This document shows, in pieces, positions 55,401-64,000 of a stretch of DNA of 64,000 bases. Source of the stretch: Euprymna scolopes (Eukaryota); assembly GCA_053919585.1 (NCBI GenBank), contig JBSSHM010000055.1; one strand, given 5' to 3'. A program made the translations under genes and the position numbers. Position 1 is the first letter of the stretch; each line of letters opens with the position of its first letter. The notes under the pieces were generated by a model. That model did no database searches. It worked only from the letters and a program-made list of their open reading frames with translations, and had not been told where the DNA came from.

Positions 55401-58400
55401 CGTTGAATAGTGAATAGTAAGATTATGTATTGATATCGTTTTTGTATTATTCCTTTGAATAGTGAATAGTCAGATTATGTATTGATATCATTGTTGTATA
55501 ATGCTGTTGAATAGTTAATAGTAAGATTATGTATTGATATCGTTTTTTATTATTCCGTTGAATAGTGAATAGTACGATTATGTATTGATATTATTGTTGT
55601 ATTATTCTGTTGAATAGTGAATAGTCAGATTATGTATTGATATCGTTTTTGTATTATTCTGTTGAATAGTGAATAGTCAGATTATGTATTGATATCGTTT
55701 TTGTATTATTCCGTTGAATAGTGAATAGTAAGATTATGTATTGATATCGTTTTTGTATTATTCCGTTGAAGAGTGAATAGTCAGATTATGTATTGATATC
55801 GTTTTTGTATTATTCCGTTGAATAGTGAATAGTCAGATTATGTATTGATATCGTTTTTGTATTATTCTGTTGAATAGTGAATAGCCAGATTATGTATTGA
55901 TATCGTTTTTGTATTATTCTGTTGAATAGTGAATAGTCAGATTATGTATTAATATCGTTTTTGTATTATTCCGTTGAATAGTGAATAGTCAGATTATGTA
56001 TTGATATCGTTTTTGTATTATTCCGTTGAATAGTGAATAGTAAGATTATGTATTAATATCGTTTTTGTATTATTCCGTTGAATAGTGAATAGTAAGATTA
56101 TGTATTGATATCGTTTTTGTATTATTCCGTTGAATAGTGAATAGCAGGTTATGTATTGATATCGTTTTTGTATTATTCCGTTGAATAGTGAATAGTCAGA
56201 TTATGTAATGATATCGTTTTTGTATTATTCCGTTGAATACTGAATAGTCAGGTTATGTATTGATATCGTTTTTGTATTATTCTGTTGAATAGTGAATAGT
56301 AAGATTATGTATTGATATCGTTTTTGTATTATTCCTTTGAATAGTGAATAGTCAGATTATGTATTGATATCGTTTTTGTATTATTCCGTCGAATAGTGAA
56401 TAGTCAGATTATGTATTGATATCGTTTTTGTATCATTCCGTTGAATAGTGAATAGTAAGATTATGTATTGATATCGTTTTTGTATTATTCCTTTGAATAG
56501 TGAATAGTCAGATTATGTATTGATATCATTGTTGTATAATGCTGTTGAATAGTTAATAGTAAGATTATGTATTGATATCGTTTTTTATTATTCCGTTGAA
56601 TAGTGAATAGTACGATTATGTATTGATATTATTGTTGTATTATTCTGTTGAATAGTGAATAGTCAGATTATGTATTGATATCGTTTTTGTATTATTCTGT
56701 TGAATAGTGAATAGTCAGATTATGTATTGATATCGTTTTTGTATTATTCTGTTGAATAGTGAATAGTCAGATTATGTATTGATATCGTTTTTGTATTATT
56801 CCGTTGAATAGTGAATAGTAAGATTATGTATTGATATCGTTTTTGTATTATTCCGTTGAAGAGTGAATAGTCAGATTATGTATTGATATCGTTTTTGTAT
56901 TATTCCGTTGAATAGTGAATAGTCAGATTATGTATTGATATCGTTTTTGTATTATTCTGTTGAATAGTGAATAGCCAGATTATGTATTGATATCGTTTTT
57001 GTATTATTCTGTTGAATAGTGAATAGTCAGATTATGTATTAATATCGTTTTTGTATTATTCCGTTGAATAGTGAATAGTCAGATTATGTATTGATATCGT
57101 TTTTGTATTATTCCGTTGAATAGTGAATAGTAAGATTATGTATTAATATCGTTTTTGTATTATTCCGTTGAATAGTGAATAGTAAGATTATGTATTGATA
57201 TCGTTTTTGTATTATTCCGTTGAATAGTGAATAGCAGGTTATGTATTGATATCGTTTTTGTATTATTCCGTTGAATAGTGAATAGTCAGATTATGTAATG
57301 ATATCGTTTTTGTATTATTCCGTTGAATACTGAATAGTCAGGTTATGTATTGATATCGTTTTTGTATTATTCTGTTGAATAGTGAATAGTAAGATTATGT
57401 ATTGATATCGTTTTTGTATTATTCCTTTGAATAGTGAATAGTCAGATTATGTATTGATATCGTTTTTGTATTATTCCGTCGAATAGTGAATAGTCAGATT
57501 ATGTATTGATATCGTTTTTGTATCATTCCGTTGAATAGTGAATAGTAAGATTATGTATTGATATCGTTTTTGTATTATTCCTTTGAATAGTGAATAGTCA
57601 GATTATGTATTGATATCATTGTTGTATAATGCTGTTGAATAGTTAATAGTAAGATTATGTATTGATATCGTTTTTTATTATTCCGTTGAATAGTGAATAG
57701 TACGATTATGTATTGATATTATTGTTGTATTATTCTGTTGAATAGTGAATAGTCAGATTATGTATTGATATCGTTTTTGTATTATTCTGTTGAATAGTGA
57801 ATAGTCAGATTATGTATTGATATCGTTTTTGTATTATTCTGTTGAATAGTGAATAGTCAGATTATGTATTGATATCGTTTTTGTATTATTCCGTTGAATA
57901 GTGAATAGTAAGATTATGTATTGATATCGTTTTTGTATTATTCCGTTGAAGAGTGAATAGTCAGATTATGTATTGATATCGTTTTTGTATTATTCCGTTG
58001 AATAGTGAATAGTCAGATTATGTATTGATATCGTTTTTGTATTATTCTGTTGAATAGTGAATAGCCAGATTATGTATTGATATCGTTTTTGTATTATTCT
58101 GTTGAATAGTGAATAGTCAGATTATGTATTAATATCGTTTTTGTATTATTCCGTTGAATAGTGAATAGTCAGATTATGTATTGATATCGTTTTTGTATTA
58201 TTCCGTTGAATAGTGAATAGTAAGATTATGTATTAATATCGTTTTTGTATTATTCCGTTGAATAGTGAATAGTAAGATTATGTATTGATATCGTTTTTGT
58301 ATTATTCCGTTGAATAGTGAATAGCAGGTTATGTATTGATATCGTTTTTGTATTATTCCGTTGAATAGTGAATAGTCAGATTATGTAATGATATCGTTTT

Positions 58401-61400
58401 TGTATTATTCCGTTGAATACTGAATAGTCAGGTTATGTATTGATATCGTTTTTGTATTATTCTGTTGAATAGTGAATAGTAAGATTATGTATTGATATCG
58501 TTTTTGTATTATTCCTTTGAATAGTGAATAGTCAGATTATGTATTGATATCGTTTTTGTATTATTCCGTCGAATAGTGAATAGTCAGATTATGTATTGAT
58601 ATCGTTTTTGTATCATTCCGTTGAATAGTGAATAGTAAGATTATGTATTGATATCGTTTTTGTATTATTCCTTTGAATAGTGAATAGTCAGATTATGTAT
58701 TGATATCATTGTTGTATAATGCTGTTGAATAGTTAATAGTAAGATTATGTATTGATATCGTTTTTTATTATTCCGTTGAATAGTGAATAGTACGATTATG
58801 TATTGATATTATTGTTGTATTATTCTGTTGAATAGTGAATAGTCAGATTATGTATTGATATCGTTTTTGTATTATTCTGTTGAATAGTGAATAGTCAGAT
58901 TATGTATTGATATCGTTTTTGTATTATTCTGTTGAATAGTGAATAGTCAGATTATGTATTGATATCGTTTTTGTATTATTCCGTTGAATAGTGAATAGTA
59001 AGATTATGTATTGATATCGTTTTTGTATTATTCCGTTGAAGAGTGAATAGTCAGATTATGTATTGATATCGTTTTTGTATTATTCCGTTGAATAGTGAAT
59101 AGTCAGATTATGTATTGATATCGTTTTTGTATTATTCTGTTGAATAGTGAATAGCCAGATTATGTATTGATATCGTTTTTGTATTATTCTGTTGAATAGT
59201 GAATAGTCAGATTATGTATTAATATCGTTTTTGTATTATTCCGTTGAATAGTGAATAGTCAGATTATGTATTGATATCGTTTTTGTATTATTCCGTTGAA
59301 TAGTGAATAGTAAGATTATGTATTAATATCGTTTTTGTATTATTCCGTTGAATAGTGAATAGTAAGATTATGTATTGATATCGTTTTTGTATTATTCCGT
59401 TGAATAGTGAATAGCAGGTTATGTATTGATATCGTTTTTGTATTATTCCGTTGAATAGTGAATAGTCAGATTATGTAATGATATCGTTTTTGTATTATTC
59501 CGTTGAATACTGAATAGTCAGGTTATGTATTGATATCGTTTTTGTATTATTCTGTTGAATAGTGAATAGTAAGATTATGTATTGATATCGTTTTTGTATT
59601 ATTCCTTTGAATAGTGAATAGTCAGATTATGTATTGATATCGTTTTTGTATTATTCCGTCGAATAGTGAATAGTCAGATTATGTATTGATATCGTTTTTG
59701 TATCATTCCGTTGAATAGTGAATAGTAAGATTATGTATTGATATCGTTTTTGTATTATTCCTTTGAATAGTGAATAGTCAGATTATGTATTGATATCATT
59801 GTTGTATAATGCTGTTGAATAGTTAATAGTAAGATTATGTATTGATATCGTTTTTTATTATTCCGTTGAATAGTGAATAGTACGATTATGTATTGATATT
59901 ATTGTTGTATTATTCTGTTGAATAGTGAATAGTCAGATTATGTATTGATATCGTTTTTGTATTATTCTGTTGAATAGTGAATAGTCAGATTATGTATTGA
60001 TATCGTTTTTGTATTATTCTGTTGAATAGTGAATAGTCAGATTATGTATTGATATCGTTTTTGTATTATTCCGTTGAATAGTGAATAGTAAGATTATGTA
60101 TTGATATCGTTTTTGTATTATTCCGTTGAAGAGTGAATAGTCAGATTATGTATTGATATCGTTTTTGTATTATTCCGTTGAATAGTGAATAGTCAGATTA
60201 TGTATTGATATCGTTTTTGTATTATTCTGTTGAATAGTGAATAGCCAGATTATGTATTGATATCGTTTTTGTATTATTCTGTTGAATAGTGAATAGTCAG
60301 ATTATGTATTAATATCGTTTTTGTATTATTCCGTTGAATAGTGAATAGTCAGATTATGTATTGATATCGTTTTTGTATTATTCCGTTGAATAGTGAATAG
60401 TAAGATTATGTATTAATATCGTTTTTGTATTATTCCGTTGAATAGTGAATAGTAAGATTATGTATTGATATCGTTTTTGTATTATTCCGTTGAATAGTGA
60501 ATAGCAGGTTATGTATTGATATCGTTTTTGTATTATTCCGTTGAATAGTGAATAGTCAGATTATGTAATGATATCGTTTTTGTATTATTCCGTTGAATAC
60601 TGAATAGTCAGGTTATGTATTGATATCGTTTTTGTATTATTCTGTTGAATAGTGAATAGTAAGATTATGTATTGATATCGTTTTTGTATTATTCCTTTGA
60701 ATAGTGAATAGTCAGATTATGTATTGATATCGTTTTTGTATTATTCCGTCGAATAGTGAATAGTCAGATTATGTATTGATATCGTTTTTGTATCATTCCG
60801 TTGAATAGTGAATAGTAAGATTATGTATTGATATCGTTTTTGTATTATTCCTTTGAATAGTGAATAGTCAGATTATGTATTGATATCATTGTTGTATAAT
60901 GCTGTTGAATAGTTAATAGTAAGATTATGTATTGATATCGTTTTTTATTATTCCGTTGAATAGTGAATAGTACGATTATGTATTGATATTATTGTTGTAT
61001 TATTCTGTTGAATAGTGAATAGTCAGATTATGTATTGATATCGTTTTTGTATTATTCTGTTGAATAGTGAATAGTCAGATTATGTATTGATATCGTTTTT
61101 GTATTATTCTGTTGAATAGTGAATAGTCAGATTATGTATTGATATCGTTTTTGTATTATTCCGTTGAATAGTGAATAGTAAGATTATGTATTGATATCGT
61201 TTTTGTATTATTCCGTTGAAGAGTGAATAGTCAGATTATGTATTGATATCGTTTTTGTATTATTCCGTTGAATAGTGAATAGTCAGATTATGTATTGATA
61301 TCGTTTTTGTATTATTCTGTTGAATAGTGAATAGCCAGATTATGTATTGATATCGTTTTTGTATTATTCTGTTGAATAGTGAATAGTCAGATTATGTATT
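51392..61400. repeat. Higher-order repeat: 21-monomer unit of 1,090 bp, 9 complete copies (one shortened to 20 monomers) plus a partial 10th
   Basis: The marker aagagtgaat occurs at 51461, 52551, 53641, 54731, 55769, 56859, 57949, 59039, 60129 and 61219. Spacing is 1,090 except one of 1,038. 1,090 = 21x52-2, explained by two 51-bp monomers. The same ordered variants recur in each complete unit: gccag, ttaatatc, gcaggtt, gtaatg, atactgaa, ccgtcg, tatcattcc, tataatgctg, gtacga, gatattattg. Confidence 0.97.
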
Positions 61401-64000
61401 GATATAGTGAATAGTAAGATTATGTATTTATATCGTTTTTGTATTATTCTGTTGAATAGTGAATAGTCAGATAATGTATTGATATCGTTTTTGTATTATT
61501 CCGTTGAACAGTGAATAGTAAGATTATGTATTGATATCGTTTTTGTATTATTCCGTGAATAGTGAATAGTCAGATTATGTATTGATATCGTTTTTGTATT
61601 ATTCCGTCGAATAGTGAATAGTCAGATTATGTATTGATATCGTTTTTGTATTATTCCGTTGAATAGTTAATAGTAAGATTATGTATTGATATCGTTTTTG
61701 TATTATTCTGTTGAATAGTGAATAGTCAGATTATGTATTAATATCGTTTTTGTATTATTCTGTTGAATAGTGAATAGTCAGATTATATATTGATATCGTT
61801 TTTGTATTATTCCGTTGAATAGTTAATAGTCAGATTATATATTGATATCGTTTTTGTATTATTCCGTTGAATAGTGAATAGTAAGATTATGTATTGATAT
61901 CGTTTTTGTATTATTCTGTTGAATAGTGAATAGTCAGATTATGTATTTATATCGTTTTTGTATTATTCCGTTGAATAGTTAATAGTCAGATTATATATTG
62001 ATATCGTTTTTGTATTATTCCGTTGAATAGTGAATAGTCAGATTATGTATTGATATCGTTTTTGTATTATTCCGTGAATAGTGAATAGTCAGATTATGTA
62101 TTGATATCGTTTTTGTATTATTCCTTTGAATAGTGAATAGTCAGATTATGAATTGATATAGTTTTTGTATTATTCCGTCGAATAGTGAATAGTCAGATTA
62201 TGTATTGATATCGTTTTTGTATTATTCCGTTGAATAGTGAATAGTAAGATTATGTATTGATATCGTTTTTGTATTATTCTGTTGAATAGTGAATAGTCAG
62301 ATTATGTATTAATATCGTTTTTGTATTATTCTGTTGAATAGTGAATAGTAAGATTATGTATTAATATCGTTTGTGTATTATTCCGTTGAATAGTTAATAG
62401 TCAGATTATATATTGATATCGTTTTTGTATTATTCCGTTGAATAGTGAATAATCAGATTATGTATTAATATCGTTTTTGTATTATTCCGTTGAATAGTGA
62501 ATAGTAAGATTATGTATTGATATCGTTTTTGTATTTTTCTATTAAATAGTGAATAGTAAGATTAAGTATTGATATCGTTTTTGTATTATTCCGTTGAATA
62601 GTGAATAGTCAAATTATGTATTGATATCGCTTTTGTATTTTTCTGTTGAATAGTGAATAGTCAGATTATGTATTGATATCGTTTTTGTATTATTCCTTTG
62701 AATAGTGAATAGCAAGATTATTCATTGATATCGTATTTGTATTATTCTGTTGAATAGTGATTAGTAAGATTATGTATTGATATCGTTTTTGTATTATTCC
62801 GTTGAATAGTGAATAGTCAGATTATGTATTGATATCGTTTTTGTATGTTTCTGTTGAATAGTTAATAGTAAGATTATGTATAGATATCGTTTTTGTATTA
62901 TTCCGTTGAATAGTGAATAGTAAGATTATGTTTTGATATCGTTTTTGTATTATTCCGTTGAATAATGAATAGTCAGATTATGTATTAATATTGTTTTTGT
63001 ATTATTCCGTTTAATAGTGAATAGTCAGATTATGTATTGATATCGTTTTTGTATTTTTCTGTTGAATAGTGAATAGTAAGATTATGTATTGATATCGTTT
63101 TTGTATAATTCTGTTTAATAGTGAATAGTCAGATTATGTATTAATATCGTTTTTGTATTATTCCGTTGAATAGTGAATAGTCAGATTATGTATTGATATC
63201 GTTTTTGTATTATTCCGTTGAATAATGAATAGTCAGATTATGTATTGATATCGTTTTTGTATTATTCCTTTGAATAGTGAATAGTCCGATTATGTATTGA
63301 TATCATTGTTGTATTATTCTGTTGAATAGTGAATAGTCAGATTATGTATTGATATCGTTTTTGTATTATTCTGTTGAAAAGTTAATAGTAAGATTATGTA
63401 TTGATATCGTTTTTGTATTATTCTGTTGAATAGTGAATAGTCAGATTATGTATTGATATCGTTTTTGTATTATTCTGTTGAAAGGTGAATAGTCAGATTA
63501 TGTATTGATATCGTTTTTGTATTATTCTGTTGAATAGTGAATAGTCAGATTATGTATTGATATCGTTTTGGTATTATTCTGTTGAATAGTGAATAGAAAG
63601 ATTATGTATTCATATCGTTTTTGTATTATTCTGTTGAATAGTGAATAGTCAGATTATGTATTGATATCGTTTTTGTATTATTCTGTTGAATAGTGAATAG
63701 TCAGATTATGTATTGATATCGTTTTTGTATTTTTCCGTTGAATAGTGAATAGTCAGATTATGTATTGATATCGTTTTTGTATTAGTCCGTCGAATAGTGA
63801 ATAGTCAGATTATGTATTAATATCGTTTTTGTATTATTCCGTTGAATAGTGAATAGTAAGATTATGTATTGATATCGTTTTTGTAATATTCCGTTGAATA
63901 GTGAATAGCAGGTTATGTATTGATATCGTTTTTGTATTATTCTGTTGAATAGTGAATAGTCATATTATGTATTAATATCGTTTTTGTATTATTCTGTTGA

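Larger units (their letters stand above)
1..64000. repeat. 52-bp AT-rich tandem satellite array, about 1,230 head-to-tail monomers, running off both window edges
   Basis: The monomer at 1-52 (atagtcagattatgtattgatatcgtttttgtattattccgttgaatagtga) restarts at 53 and recurs without interruption to 64000. Copies usually differ from consensus by 0-4 substitutions or 1-bp indels. Monomer composition is A14 T24 G10 C4. It contains GATATC (EcoRV site, monomer positions 19-24), a T5 tract and an internal GAATAGT-GAATAGT doublet. Confidence 0.99.

Noticed and set aside
40920-61400. Duplication periods as multiples of 7 monomers (364 bp, dinucleosome-like): 7, 21, 21, 28
   Set aside because: Other periods in the window (2, 6, 9, 10, 13, 25, 36, 41) do not fit, so the pattern is probably chance.
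1-64000. CRISPR array or other repeat-spacer system
   Set aside because: There are no unique spacers. The whole 52-bp unit is repeated, variation is limited to scattered point changes, and no cas or other genes are present.
1-64000. Giant repetitive protein-coding ORF
   Set aside because: 52 is not a multiple of 3, so frames rotate with each monomer. The + strand has several TAG/TGA per monomer and the - strand has two TAA and one TGA. Every consensus frame therefore closes within about 156 bp, even if TGA or TAA/TAG alone were reassigned.
1-64000. Bacterial promoter-like (ttgata, tataat), terminator-like T tracts or iteron array
   Set aside because: Such motifs are expected by chance in 75% AT sequence. 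There are no genes or stem-loops nearby, and the scale far exceeds iteron arrays.
1-64000. Pure sequencing or rolling-circle concatemer artefact
   Set aside because: Shared, ordered and hierarchically nested variants indicate real evolutionary history rather than random error. Exact copy numbers could still be mis-assembled.
1-64000. Canonical telomeric repeat, transposon insertion or inversion
   Set aside because: I saw no TTAGGG/TTAGG-type runs, no non-satellite sequence and no reverse-orientation monomers.

Overview
The whole 64-kb window is one uninterrupted head-to-tail tandem array (satellite DNA) of a 52-bp AT-rich monomer. The consensus is atagtcagattatgtattgatatcgtttttgtattattc(c/t)gttgaatagtga, about 25-27% GC, with roughly 1,230 copies all in one orientation. 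I found no genes, RNA genes, transposon insertions, inversions or CRISPR spacers. The information lies in the pattern of monomer variants. There is a young, nearly identical 21-monomer (1,090-bp) higher-order repeat (HOR) at about 51.4-61.4 kb, with its apparent progenitor duplication just upstream and a truncated monomer at its far edge. There are also many nested tandem duplications of 2-63 monomers and related variant blocks 14-26 kb apart. This looks like eukaryotic heterochromatic (peri)centromeric or subtelomeric satellite, but I cannot identify the organism or the satellite family. I see no evidence of a protein-coding or RNA-guided system. All offsets were measured by eye from rare marker variants, and block boundaries are approximate to about one monomer.
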